Below, one piece after another: positions 50,682 to 63,146 of a DNA stretch of 64,000 nucleotides. Origin of the DNA: Spizellomyces punctatus DAOM BR117 (taxonomy: Eukaryota). A program made the translations under genes and the position numbers. Below the pieces are notes generated by a model. That model searched no databases. It saw nothing but the letters and a program-made list of their open reading frames with translations, and was not told where the DNA came from. Every line of letters starts with the position of its first letter. The first letter of the stretch is position 1. The stretch is taken from NCBI GenBank assembly GCA_000182565.2, contig KQ257463.1; one strand, given 5' to 3'.

Positions 50682-51223
50682 TAACACAAGAGCAGGAACT
50701 AGATCACGCATTGTAGTAGGCATGTCCTCAAATATCAGGTTGGCCGACCGAGGCCTATCAGTACGCCAGAAACACCTCAGCATTGTCAAAACTTTCATGA
50801 TCGATGTGGGGCCACGATCATTCGTCAAAGGAGAGAGAGGTTAAAAGGACTACTTTACTGCTGTGACAGCGAATACCACAGCATTCCTTACTGCCACGGC
50901 CCATTTGGTTTATAACGCAATTATGTCAGCACCCGCCACTATCACGTGTTATCACGCGTGCGCAGCATCCACTACCCTGAGACGTATCCCTTCCGCTGAC
51001 ACTTTCGTTCCTTTCCACACTTGCAGCAGCATAATGTTTTCGGCTTGGAAGACCATCAACCCGCGCATCGTACGCGGAGAAGGGAGTCTTTCTATCACTC
51101 CCGTCACAACAGGAAGGGGCGATGTTCTCATGATGGCGATCATTTTCTTTGTGAGTAGTCGCGGCTAACGGCCAGCAGGCGATTCGAAAATTAATTCCTT
51201 TGAGACTGTAGTTTGGAGTTGCC

Positions 51224-51823
51224 ATGACACTCTACACTACTGAAGACTTGCCATATAGAATTGCTGGTAGTGCAATGTATGCCTACCTGGCCTGGACTCT
51301 TGGTAGGATTACCTTGTTCATTTCGTACGTCGTTGGTGGTTTCATATATCTGACGAACCCCACAGTCGTGGACACATACGAGACAGTGTTCGACAAGCAG
51401 CTGGAGCAGGTTAGCATCATCAAAACAACCTTGGGATTTAAGAGATGGTCAAGGGTTGCTCCGGTACGCTGACATCCTGTACATTGCTCTGTACACTATA
51501 TATCAATCTCAACATTTGTGTCTGTGCAGCTGGACGAGCTCGTCGCCATCGAAACAACCACTATGGAAACAACCTCCAAGAAGCAAAAGCCTCTCTACCG
51601 TCTCGAACTGGAGTTCTACACCACCCACGGCACATATCGCATGCCCATGACAGAGACATATGTTAGTGGTGAGCACAACAAGGAGAAATTGGAGGAGGTA
51701 GAAGATATTGTCCGCAAGTTTGCTGAAATCAAAAAATTGCCGAATTGGATGAAGGAGGAGGAACTAGAAAAGAGATTTGGGGCTGGGAAGAAGCAGGCTA
51801 AGACGCGGAAGAAGGGGAATTGA
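51224..51823 (+). CDS. Small 2-TM protein resembling CYBC1/EROS (C17orf62), 2 exons
   Basis: Intron gtacgc (51464)..tgcag (51529). Two N-terminal hydrophobic helices, then ETVFDK..V, LDELVAI, YRLELEF..MPMTETYVSG..LEEVEDIVRKF. Confidence 0.55.
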
Positions 51824-52205
51824 GGAGTGAACCTCAAGATCTTTCATAAAAAATACGCCTATCCATGCAAATCGCTCACTTCTCTTAAGAACCATTATCA
51901 TTTTATCTCGGCTGATTGTTGACGGAAGTTAATGGTGATCGAGGGGAGACTGGGCAAGGACTGGAGGCTTACACGTGCGTGAGAAAACGAAATGTAAAAT
52001 ACATTCAATGAGATGGATTGTACATATGACCCATAGTTCGGCTCTTACTCGTTGTCCGTTACGGTCATTACTATCGATCTATAGTGTAGAGGTGACAGAA
52101 AATGGCACTAGCTACTACACCAGGGAATAAACCAGCGACAACTGGTTCGGAAAAGCTAACTAACTACTACTAGGCAATTATACACGCAATACGTAACGGT
52201 TGGTT

Positions 52206-52550
52206 CTAACCGGATAATTGCCCACCACCACACGCGGTCCCTACTAGGCCTTGATCCAGAACTCTTGATGGCATTGAAGCCAGACTCTTGCATCCAGGAG
52301 CGAATCGACTGGGCAGCGTCACAAGCTGGGGGATGTTCAGCAACAAAGGCTTGGAGACTAGAGAAAAAAACTGCATGTCACTGACAGAATAATATGAAAA
52401 GAGATGATGCCATTGGTACATACCAACCAAGCTCAACAAGTGTGGCAGCATAATAGCAGCTTTGTTATCAGATCCAATTGGTTGCTGCTGGTTCTGATTA
52501 CGGTTGCTGTCAGGCGGTCGAGGTCCTCGGCACCAGAGCAGTATTCTCAT
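52206..52550 (-). CDS. Possible small hypothetical protein (probable in-frame intron 52358-52423)
   Basis: TATAAAA at 52624-52630, about 75 bp upstream of the ATG. Canonical gtatgt..ttctctag intron. No recognisable domain. Confidence 0.35.
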   Translation of the reverse strand: MRILLWCRGPRPPDSNRNQNQQQPIGSDNKAAIMLPHLLSLVGMYQWHHLFSYYSVSDMQFFSLVSKPLLLNIPQLVTLPSRFAPGCKSLASMPSRVLDQGLVGTACGGGQLSG

Positions 52551-52918
52551 GGTGGACTGAGATTTGTTGGGCGGATGCTTTGAGTCGAGGATGGGTAAAG
52601 AGGAAAGAGGGAGCAGGTCCCCCTTTTATAGACCTTTGGCATGCGCCTCACCGCAGTTTAAAAAAAAAAACAATACATGCATGCCACACCGCTGCATGCC
52701 ACACCAATCTGAGCGATAGAGGGGGTTCTGATTATGCGATATGATTAACCGGATTATCCGGATAATAATGGGTCTTAGTGCCATTTTCAATCACCTCCAC
52801 ACTATGATATGAGGTTTTTACCGGCAATGTTTGCCGGAAAGTAGCCAACAAGCGAACAAGGGAATTGATGTTGCGATAAAATAAATTAACGATATGACCC
52901 ATTGTACAAATTACAGAT

Positions 52919-55810
52919 TCATGCATCTACATCCATCCCACCGTCGCTTTCACTCTCTTCTCCATCATCATCATCATCATCTTCTTCTTCTTCTTCGTCC
53001 TCTTCTTCTGATCCGTCACCACTGTCTTGCTCAGACGATGGACTTGCGTCGTCATCGTCATCATCATTGTGATCCTCTTGTTCACTACTACTTGGTTCAT
53101 CTTCGTCCTCGGGCTCACTCCCACTCGACATTCCATATTCATGCGACCGATTCACACCATTACTAACCAACCCATTCATCCAGTCCTCCATTTCTCCCAC
53201 TACTTTACCTTCCTCCAGGCCTTCTTCTAGATCATCCTGCTCCTCAAACCCAACCATACACTCAACAGTATAATCAACAACATAACTCTGCACCAGTAGC
53301 CCATCCGCAATTTTCAAATGTCGCTCTGTGTATGCCAAAAGTGCATCCACAATTTCTTTACATTTAGGTACACGCATCAACCGGTCCGGAGTATATGCTT
53401 TCAAAATGACATGGAGGAGGGACTGAGCGGTGCGTGCGTGCCGGGTATTTGTGTTCCAGGTCCGTATATAGTTTAGTAATTGAGCAAGTTTGGAATCGCT
53501 TAGGTTGGAGATGATGCTGTCGACGGCGGTCGAGCCGAGAATGCTGGATGGGTCTTGGCGGTTCGTGGAAAGGTCTTCGAAAAGGGTGAGGAGGCGGAAA
53601 GGTTGGTCTAGGCGCATGGCAAGGAGAATGGCATTTTTGTAGTCGCGCTTGTGGAGGTAATTGGAGAGGTCTTGTTCTCTGTTGAACAAGAGGGTGTTAG
53701 AGACGTGTACATGAGAGAGATTGGTCTAGAGAGGGACTTACAGGAGTACCCGCTCCTCGTTCTCTCTTTGCTTCTTTTCTTCTTCTTGTATCGTCATGTC
53801 CTCCCATACGACGATGGTAGAATCTGATGAACCCGACACAACGTATTTTTCGTCCTTCTGTACCGCCAATGCCCAGATCTGCAAACATCCGGTTATTAAA
53901 CGTCCCAGACATTCCACACTTTATTCCCACTCAACTCACTCGATCTTCGTGTCCATCTAGAGTTGTCACGCATTCGTTGCTTCGTATCGTCCAGAGCTTT
54001 ACCAACCCATCAGATCCGCTAGACACCAATTGCATCCCGGCCGACAGGAACGAAACCGAAAGAACAGAGTTCAAATGTCCTTCAAACGTCTACCAAAAAA
54101 GAAATAAGCACCTTTGCAAGAACACCACACATATACACACATACTGACCTTGACACAACTGAAGTCCACGACACTCCACAACTTGATAGTCTTATCCGTC
54201 GAACTCGTCGCCAAAACTTGATCAACCGGTGAAAACGCCACAGACCATATACCTCTCTTGTGGCCTTTGAAAACTCCCAATAACCGCCCGTCCTCCATCG
54301 CCCACAGCTTAGCAGTCTTATCCAATGAGCCTGAAGCGAATACTTTGTCGTTGGGTGCCACGGCGATGGATTGAATGTCCTTGTCGTGGGCTTGGAAGGT
54401 GTAACGGGTTTTGAGTTTGGTGACTTCGGTTGAGGCCGAAGTGTCGGGTATTTCCCAGACCTTAATGGTACGATCATGGGAACCGGATAGCGCGAATCGA
54501 GATGATTTTCGTCCAAATGCGACCGTGCTAACGGGTTCGGTGTGCCCAACGCCGACACCGATTTGTTGGTACCGCTTGCTCGGTTCCTCATCTGGTAGAA
54601 ATCTCCATATAATAACTTTGTGATCCCTTGCACCAGATGCCAACAAACTCCCATCATTTGACCGATCGATGCTCATTACTATTTCGGAGTGTCCATAGAG
54701 AATGTCACAGTTCATTGTGCTCATGTTGTAAATGCGGACTTGCTCCGTGTTTGTCACCACAGCCAAGTGTGTATCCTCTGGGCCCATGAATTTGAGATCC
54801 AAGACTTCCTCATTGTATCCTGCAATCTGTCGAGTACGCTTCAAGCCCGAAGTAAGATTGTAAAAGAGAATGTTTTGGTCACTTGTGATGGCGACGAGGG
54901 TGTTACTTTTTTGGAGATATTGTACGTCTATGATAACGTGTTTGCTGTTCAATTCCGGTTCTTGAGCGAGGATGCAAGTACCGGCTTCTAGATCCCATAT
55001 TCGCACGATGCCCTTGTCCCCACCAGTGAAAGCAAGGATCTTTGATCGTCTCTCGTCGACAGGAACATCTGCATCCGCCGACACCAGCCCAACGCTCTCG
55101 ACCGACTCATATATGGGTACAGTCTTCTCCAACGACCCTGTCTCAAAATCCCAGACGTTGACCACCTTATCCCTGGCACCGCTCACAAGAAACTTTCCAT
55201 CCGCAGTGAAATCCAATCCGCGAACCACACTCACATGGCTCTCCAAAACAGCCACACAAGACCTCGCATGCAAATCCCACACCCGAATCTTACAATCATC
55301 ACTTCCAGACACCAATTTCAACTTCTTCGCATTAGGATGAAATTTGACCACACTCACAATCCCACTGTGCCCTCGGAAATTGTGCGTACAGTATCCTCCA
55401 TCTACATCCCAGACCTTCACCGTGCTATCAGCACTCCCTGTCGCGACAAGTGTTGACGTTGGATCAAAATCCATCGCAAGAACGGGTGCCTCATGAGCCT
55501 TCCAACTCTTGGCTTTTTCACCTGTTGCGAGGTCCCAGAGGACCAATAATAGACTTTGCGAAGCGCTCATGAGATGTGTTCCAGAGGGGTTCACGGCTAT
55601 ACATGATATTGAATCTGCTTCGCCTTTAAGCCGGTGAACGGTACGGCCCGTCGTGAGGTCAAGGACATTGACATCGTCTGCAACCGGTGTAACAAGAAAC
55701 GCTTCATCGCGAGTGATAACAGCCTTCCCACCCGTATATATTGACTCTATTGTTGTCACATTTCGAAAATGTGTCTTCAAGTGGAGCTTGCCGTACTGCA
55801 CTGCGGCCAT
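52919..55810 (-). CDS. UTP13: SSU processome WD40 protein Utp13/TBL3 (multi-exon), acidic C-terminal tail
   Basis: LKTHF..IYTGG, ATGSADSTVKVWDVDGGYCTHNFRGH, AHDKDIQSIAVAPNDK, EQDLSNYL, WNTNTRHARTAQ, AYTERH. Confidence 0.95.
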
Positions 55811-56490
55811 TTTATGGAAATGCCCGACGTCGTTTGCAGAGATCACCAAAAAGCGTTAAAACAAATAATAGCGCTGTTCTGATGCCACCAATCATTAGCC
55901 GTTCACGTGCGCATGACTGGGCCACATTATGGCATAAGCAGGAGTCTGTGGTTTACCCCACTTTTTCAGACTCTAGCAGTGCAAGATTCCTGCAGACTTT
56001 GGGGCTCAATAACTCATAGAGATGTATGCCATGCTCCAATAAACCTACTTGGTATGTCTCCATTGTCCGTCCCAGAAAGCTATAGAAGAGTCTATTTGAA
56101 AGAAATGATGAGCTGTATTTTTCTTTCGCAAAGGACGCCAAAAGGAATAAGAGCCATCTCTGGAATTATTATGCAAGTTTACGCAGTTTCCGAACATGAA
56201 TGTGTGAACACCACCATGCATGCAAGTCGTGAATGTTTGAAAGAAACTGATGATGATGGGGTATGCACGGGATGTCACGTAACTAAGCCACCACTTTCGT
56301 CATTCAAATGCGACAAATATCTCGTTCGATTAAAGGTATAGTGGTATATTATCTTACGCTAAGATTTATAAAGGATATAATGGTTTATCTTACGGTAAGA
56401 TTTATGATACCCTAAATCGTTCCTCTTTACGCTACGTCCCTCCCTTTTAACCATATGAAAGCAGTTGCCCAACCCGGTCTTACACAATCT

Positions 56491-57333
56491 TCAAACCATT
56501 TGAGGAGGCTGCGTCTGGCTTGGCTTCCTGTCTCTTCCTGCTGCTGCGCTAGTTACCGATTGCTCCCTTCCAGACGAAACCTCCGACACGTAGTCCTTTC
56601 GAGTGCCGTTCTTGCTCCTCAACTTGTCCTTCTTGATGTTATCGAATAATCGGAGCACAAAGAGAGTTTTGAAGGCGTAGATGGGACACTTGCTGAGCAC
56701 GTCGAAGCTGAAGTGCACCAGCTTGGCATAGCAGAGCTCTCCAACACTCAACATGATGATGAAGATAATGTACCGGAGCAAGTCGTTGATTTGACTTTTG
56801 GACAGACTGGCGTTTCGTCGAATGACGTGGAACATGTTGAGGTCAATGTAGATCTCAATCGCAAAGGTCAGAAGCTTCGTGAAGATTCCAACTTTGTTCA
56901 CAAGGTCCCAGTCGAGGGGAAGGTAGAAGGAGGAACCAAACACCATAACGTCGGCAGTGATGATCCCCAAATGAAGAATACCAAGTCCGATCATCACCTT
57001 TTCCACGTAATTGCTTGACACTGCAAAGACCTTGTACCGATCCCGAAGCATCCAGACACAAGCGTTGGCCATGACAATGTAGCCGATGCCATCGAATATG
57101 ACCCAAGCGTAGTTCATGTTGTTAACCTCGAATACGGAAATGTAGAACAAAACCGTGTGCACAATGTTTCCTATGATCTGGAACATGATCGTCGACGACA
57201 TTTTTGTCCATCGTGTTTCGAATAGGGAAATGTACGTAACGATGTTGAGAACATTGAGAAGAAGAGATGTTGTGACGTTTGCTATAGCGAGCTTGTGGAG
57301 GTAGAGAGCGAGACCGAGGAGGGGATCACTCAT
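56491..57333 (-). CDS. Intronless multi-pass (about 7 TM) membrane protein, GPCR-like topology
   Basis: About seven hydrophobic stretches, DRYKVF after the third, polar Ser-rich C-tail. TATAAAAA at 57471-57478. Confidence 0.75.
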   Translation of the reverse strand: MSDPLLGLALYLHKLAIANVTTSLLLNVLNIVTYISLFETRWTKMSSTIMFQIIGNIVHTVLFYISVFEVNNMNYAWVIFDGIGYIVMANACVWMLRDRYKVFAVSSNYVEKVMIGLGILHLGIITADVMVFGSSFYLPLDWDLVNKVGIFTKLLTFAIEIYIDLNMFHVIRRNASLSKSQINDLLRYIIFIIMLSVGELCYAKLVHFSFDVLSKCPIYAFKTLFVLRLFDNIKKDKLRSKNGTRKDYVSEVSSGREQSVTSAAAGRDRKPSQTQPPQMV

Positions 57334-58265
57334 GTTGCAGATCTGGGTCGTTGGAACTTTAAGTATATGCTTTGAGTGAGACTCTTAAAGACTTGAAGCC
57401 GAACAATAGGTGAAGGAACAAGGAGCGCACCCAAGGAATGCAATGGGGAGACGAGTACCCCCCACTTCGGTTTTTATAAGGAGCCTTTTTGCCTCCTCGC
57501 CATGTTCGTTTCTTGCAATGAAGTCTATATCCATTCCACAGATCTGAATATCCACTTACAAATAAACTTAGCGAGGCCTTTCGGACTCTATTGGGGGTGG
57601 CATTTGCCTCATTCAGTTTGCGCACTGAACAAACAGGGATCTAGCCAGGTCAATACACGGCGTTCCCGACCGTACCGATGGAAACTATTCATCAGCAAAG
57701 ACACTGGGCAGGCGGCGCTCTCCAAGCGTCCGCCAACCATCACCAAACGCTCTCATTGCAGAGATAATACCCTCAGGGCTTTATTTAGCATTGTGTGTAA
57801 ATGAAAAACAATAAACCTACCAGATCTACCGGGCCCACTGCCAGATCACATAAAACTAAAAATACCCCAAGATCATGAGGACAATGCATTGTCACTGTAT
57901 AGGCTTACCAAGCTGAAGTAGTTCTTTACCCTATAGGATCAGACAAGCAAGATGAAAAGCGTAGGGGGTGTTGGGTATTGTTCCAGCAGCCGGGTATCAA
58001 AACAAAATGGGCGCCTTTATTTTTCTTAAACATTGTGAAAATATCGATTTGTTTGCGCGGCCCTGGAAATGATCGAGGCCTATATTTACATGTGATCATG
58101 ATAATCCCTGGTATCCGGCGATGCGTTGGAACATAATAATGCATTCATTATTACATAGTCTCCAAATAATAATAATATGAAATAATTGAATATACAGGAA
58201 AAAAAATAAATCCCAGTCCAGGGTCCAGGCCGGTGTGCACACGCAGAATAGTAAAATGAAAGTAT

Positions 58266-61200
58266 TCAACCTCCAGATCCCAAACCCATGGTTTCGATCC
58301 TATCTCGGGCCAGACGTAGCTCACCCCCCACATCTCCCAAACACGTTCTAGCCACTTCACGGGAGCATCCACTCACATCGCACAGCCACTGGATCTTTTC
58401 AATTTCGATTGCTCGCGATAGATAGAATTGAAGTTTCGCATCCACGTCGCCTTTTACGGGTACGAAGAGGTCATTGTTCGCAGATTTTACCCGGACGATG
58501 AAGCTAGCGGCTATGGGACGGTGATCACTGATAGTTGGTGAAAAGCGGGTGTAGATCTGGAGGCGGACGTCGGGACCTCGGTAGAGGACCTGGTACAATA
58601 TAACCAGTAAGATCGGCGTTTCATGCTTCAGTCAATTTGAAAGGTCCAGCAAACTCACCCGATCACACCAACTCGGAACTCGCCGCTTTTCGCTTGTATC
58701 ATACCGATCCGTCCCCACATCATACTTGAACGTAGGGGCAAAGTTTAGCGGCCCCTCCGCGAACCCTCGAAGTCCAAACGAAGGATTTGTCATCATCTGC
58801 CGGATCAGCTGATCATGTTCCTGGAGCGTTGCCCAATCTTGCTGTTCCACAAGCTCAACGACACGCTCACGGGCGAGATCAATACGATAATTTAGATCGC
58901 CGGACCAAAAGACATTCTCATGGTCCTGTCATCATCGCGTATTAGACTCTATCCGGTCTGCACGGAAGAGTTTTCCAACGTACCAAGATCAATGATCCGT
59001 CTCCACCTCCGACAAATACACCTTCGTATGATGGTTTAGGGGGGAAGTGCGCATCCTTCAGGATCGTAGCCGTGTCATTGTTACGTGCCGACACTTGGTT
59101 TTGATGTGCTGCCAGATGGCAGTTGACAAAGCAGAAAGAACTGTCATCGAGTACAAATCTTGTTGCAATGCCGCCCTACCGTACAATTTGCATGAGTATC
59201 CCGTGGTGGCCAAAGCAATAACAATAGCATAGTCGATTTGCACCTTGTTTCCATGGTATCCTTTCAACCCTGTTTTCACCATGTTGACAGCAATATCTTT
59301 TATTCGGCCCATCTCTGTCTCCTTAATGAAGACGCATTGAAATAGACCGACCAGCTGCCGACACTCCACAACGCGATACCGCGCCTTGGATTGTGCCATA
59401 TCCACTGCACGCACCAGCGCCTCTTGCCACAGTTTAAATCGATGATCCATATGACTTTGTTGAGATTTCTTGGTCCCCTTCAACAATTGCTTTGCAGTGA
59501 CCTTTTTCGATTCCAAGTCCACAAGCTCTTGGAATCCAATCACAATGATCTCAGGTTGGTCGGCCACCGTCAGCCATCTGTTCAGGAAATTGTATTCTTC
59601 TGGCACCCTGCTCTCTTCCAATTCCGCTGGTTTGCTGGCGTCTAAATTCCAACTACAAATAAGGACCTTTAAATCGCGGTAGGTACAACACTCATGTTCA
59701 CGTAATCTCAATTGATTTTCGATCCAATCTCTAGTCAAAAAGCCGTCCCACATTCTGATCTGGCCATTATCGGACATACTGGCAATTTGAAGGCGTCCAG
59801 AAAGGAATATGGAACGCTCGTCCATTACGAGCTCATCCACACTTGCAGAATGGTACGCAGGAAACTCTTTGACGGCAGTCCAACCGCCGTCCATATGTTT
59901 GACATCGTAGACGTAAATCTTTCCCGTAGAGAATCCCGCCCATAAATACTGCTCCCCGATTCCTAAAAGTGATGTGACGCGATACATCCCCGCATTGACT
60001 ATGCGCTTCTTCGCAAGGGTCACTGCATCCCACACTGTAATTTTTCCGTCATCATGACCGGAAAACACTGTTGTACCATCTCGCGTCGCCGCGAAACAGG
60101 TGACGTGACCTGCAGTCAGGGTTCCGTCAAACCTCTGCTGAAAGCAGGAGGAGGCCTCTTCCGTGGGATGGTACACTTCGATCATCTTGCCCGCTGCAGT
60201 CCACAAGCGACCATTGGCTGCAAAGGCAACCGTTTGCCTTGAACTCACTCTAATCACCCGTGGTCGTTGCTGTAGGGTTATTCTATGTCGGTCTGCGTCT
60301 ATGCTCCAGATTTTAAGCCCACCATTCTCATCTAATGTCCAGAGTTGCCCATGATACCGCAGCATATGTGTCACTGTTGCAGAATGAAGCGATCGCCGAT
60401 CTACAATCTCCCCAACGCTGATGTCCACCTCAATAATCTCACCCTTTTCCAACGCGACCCATAAATAGCGGCCTTCATCTTCCATATAATACGTTGGTGC
60501 AAAGGCCATAGCATACATTTTAGACTCGCCAATAGAAACCGTACGCATGTTCTCCCCACTTGGAATGTACCACACTCGTATTTTCTCCGAGCCGGTACAT
60601 GCATAGTATCCAGATACGGCGAAACACCGAGCGGGACTTTTCAAATACAGATCTGAGTTCGGCAGACCTTCCGCAACAGGGGGCCGCCGGTTCGTGTGTA
60701 CCGTATCGGGAGAGTACAACTTTTCACGTCCTCTTAATGCAGCGAATCTATCATCTATGACGGAGAGCGCTTCCGTATTGGCGGGACTCGCGGATGCAGC
60801 ATATGCTTCAAGGGCCTCTTCTACAGCTCGAGCAACAGGACGCGCGGGTAAAGGTGGTGCAGAGTCTAGTAGGGTGACAGCATTTGGTGACGCGGCCCGG
60901 CGCACGGCTGTTTGTCGATCCATTGGAGAAACCGGTCGTGGTGGAAGAGGGGGTTTTTGAGGGCTTGTTGATAATACTGGGCGCACTGCGTCGGTTTGGG
61001 TTACTCTCGGGTGAGGTGACTCCATTCGTACGAGGGGCGAGGGTGGGGTAATGATCTCCGAGAAGGGATTCGAGTGAATATTGTGTCGATCAGACATAGA
61101 TGGCGGGAGAGGTTGATCTGGTGTCGTATGAATGCTTGGCTTTCCTATTCGTCCCAATGCAGGAGGATTTACGCTGTCCAACGCGTTACTTGATCCAAAA

Positions 61201-62642
61201 CTTTGGGCTAAGGCTGCAACGGATCCAGGCTTCCCTCCTGACATCCGCGCCTTTGCCTTCTTGGCTTTTTTTAAATTTGCCAGACGAGCTTTTTCGTTCT
61301 CATTACGGTCATCATCATCTCCAGAATGTTCATCTTCACTGCTTGGTGCAGATTTCGCAATGTCAAACTCGTCCCCAAAGGGATTTGCAAAGGTTGGTCG
61401 TGCGTCATCAAGTACGTCCTGTGAAGTTAATATAGAGGGTGACGAGGCCAGTCTAGACGGATGTATGCTTGCATTTGATGAAGGCTCGTCATAAAGCTCC
61501 AGGGGACTGGTGTTTGATATCTCACCGTTTCGGGTTCGCCTTGGAGACATTTTGCTCCCAGGAGGAGGTGGAAGAAGTGCCCCAGCAGATGCAGAAAACC
61601 CTAAGGGCTGAGACCCAGCCGTTCTGCGCAAGTCTTCAAAACCAGGGGACAGGTTTACAGTGTTGATCGGTAAAGGTCTGTTACCGACAGTAATAGGTTT
61701 TACAGAAGGGAGCATTTCTGTCACCTGCTTTGCTGCCGTGTTTGCAGCTGTAGGAGCTATAGCGGTCGAGTTGTTTGCTGAACCACTCTCCTCGAAAGTG
61801 ACCCAGCCCGGGAATGCTTTACCAGAAGGCTGAAAAACCGAAGATTGCACAGGCTTGCTGCCTGTTCCCGCTGTAGCCGAGAGTCCGTCAAAAGCACGCG
61901 CAAGATCTTTCACGCCGCCTCCGGTGGAGTTCTCGGCAGCCAATGCCGAACTCCCTCTAGGGAGGTTTGAGGTAGTAGCGGATATGCTGCGTGCCTCACT
62001 TGTTAGCAATTTGCTAATGGATGACGTATTTTGAATTGTCTGGATATCTGCGACCGTACTCCTTCGCACTCCAAAATTAAATGATTTCTCAGGAAGATCT
62101 CGCCCAAGTTGCACTTCAAGCCCCTTTGCCATCTCACTGATACGCGCCGCACTTGCTGGTCCGGCGCCAATTCCTCCATTGTTCATCGGGCTTAATCTTT
62201 CCACTTTGGGAGAGATATTTGCCTCACTAGCATGTGTGTCATCAAATGGATCGAAAACAGGTGATGCCTTTGGAGGGCTTGACGCTCCCGAGTCACTAGA
62301 TATAGTTGACATGAACGTACTTGAAAGATTTGGCTGCGAAGAGTTATGATACCATGGTTCAACCTGGGCATGCATTGTCTGCGGCGTAGTTGCCTGGCCT
62401 AGAGAGACACCCGCATGCGTTCCGCGCCCTCCCAACGCCGACATGGACACTTCTCGTGCAGCCCCAGCTAAAAAGGGATTTGTCGCCGAAAGTGACAGTG
62501 AACCGATATCGAATCGATCCCGGGCTGAAGGCGGTGGAGAAGGGGTATTCATTTTTTGACCAAGCTCCGTTGTAGTGCTCCTTTGTTCTGTTGAAAAGGA
62601 CGATGTGTCTGGTCGTCGCCAGCTGTGTTCAGGGGAGGTCAT
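58266..62642 (-). CDS. Inositol polyphosphate 5-phosphatase with Pro/Ser-rich N-terminus and WD40 propeller (multi-exon)
   Basis: VLICSWNL, IVIGFQELV, GYHGNK, FVNCHLAA, VFWSGDLNYRI, FAPTFKYD, PSWCDR, SDHRPI. Confidence 0.95.
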
Positions 62643-63146
62643 TGAGGTAGATGGTACTGGAGAGGAATAAATGAAACCAGCAGCAAAGCAGGTATTCGAA
62701 GCCGAGGACAGAGGGAACTATCGAAAGGGATACCTTGTGTATACAGTTCCGAGGGTATGCGTCTCTAAGAACTGATGAATAGGTTTTCAAGCGGGGATCT
62801 CGTGCATGACGGCGTTGGGCAGTGTAAACTGCTGCGACTCCGACCTGCGTGCGGCATCTGGTCCCGATCACGTGCAAGCGCATGTCAAAGCCCACAATGC
62901 AAGATAAACAAAGGGCATGAAAAATCCTGGGGACTGTCGACCCGTCTATTTACAATGTGTTCCAACTTTCGTGTGGGGTTTTTGGGGTTGGGATGTTAAA
63001 AAGAGGAACTGCAAAAAGAGACGAATGAACAGCAGGAAGTGGTGGCATTAGTGCCGCCTTACAGCTCTTGGACGTTCATCTTTTGATTTTGGCTTCACCC
63101 TGAATTCCATCGGATTGTATTTACGTTGTATAGAGCGCCAGTCAGC

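Noticed and set aside
52960-53070. (CAT)n/(CTT)n microsatellites
   Set aside because: They simply encode the Asp/Glu tail of Utp13.
11-55810. Ribosome-biogenesis cluster (RRB1, NOP9, UTP13)
   Set aside because: The genes are 11-38 kb apart with unrelated genes between, and no clear shared promoter motif was seen.
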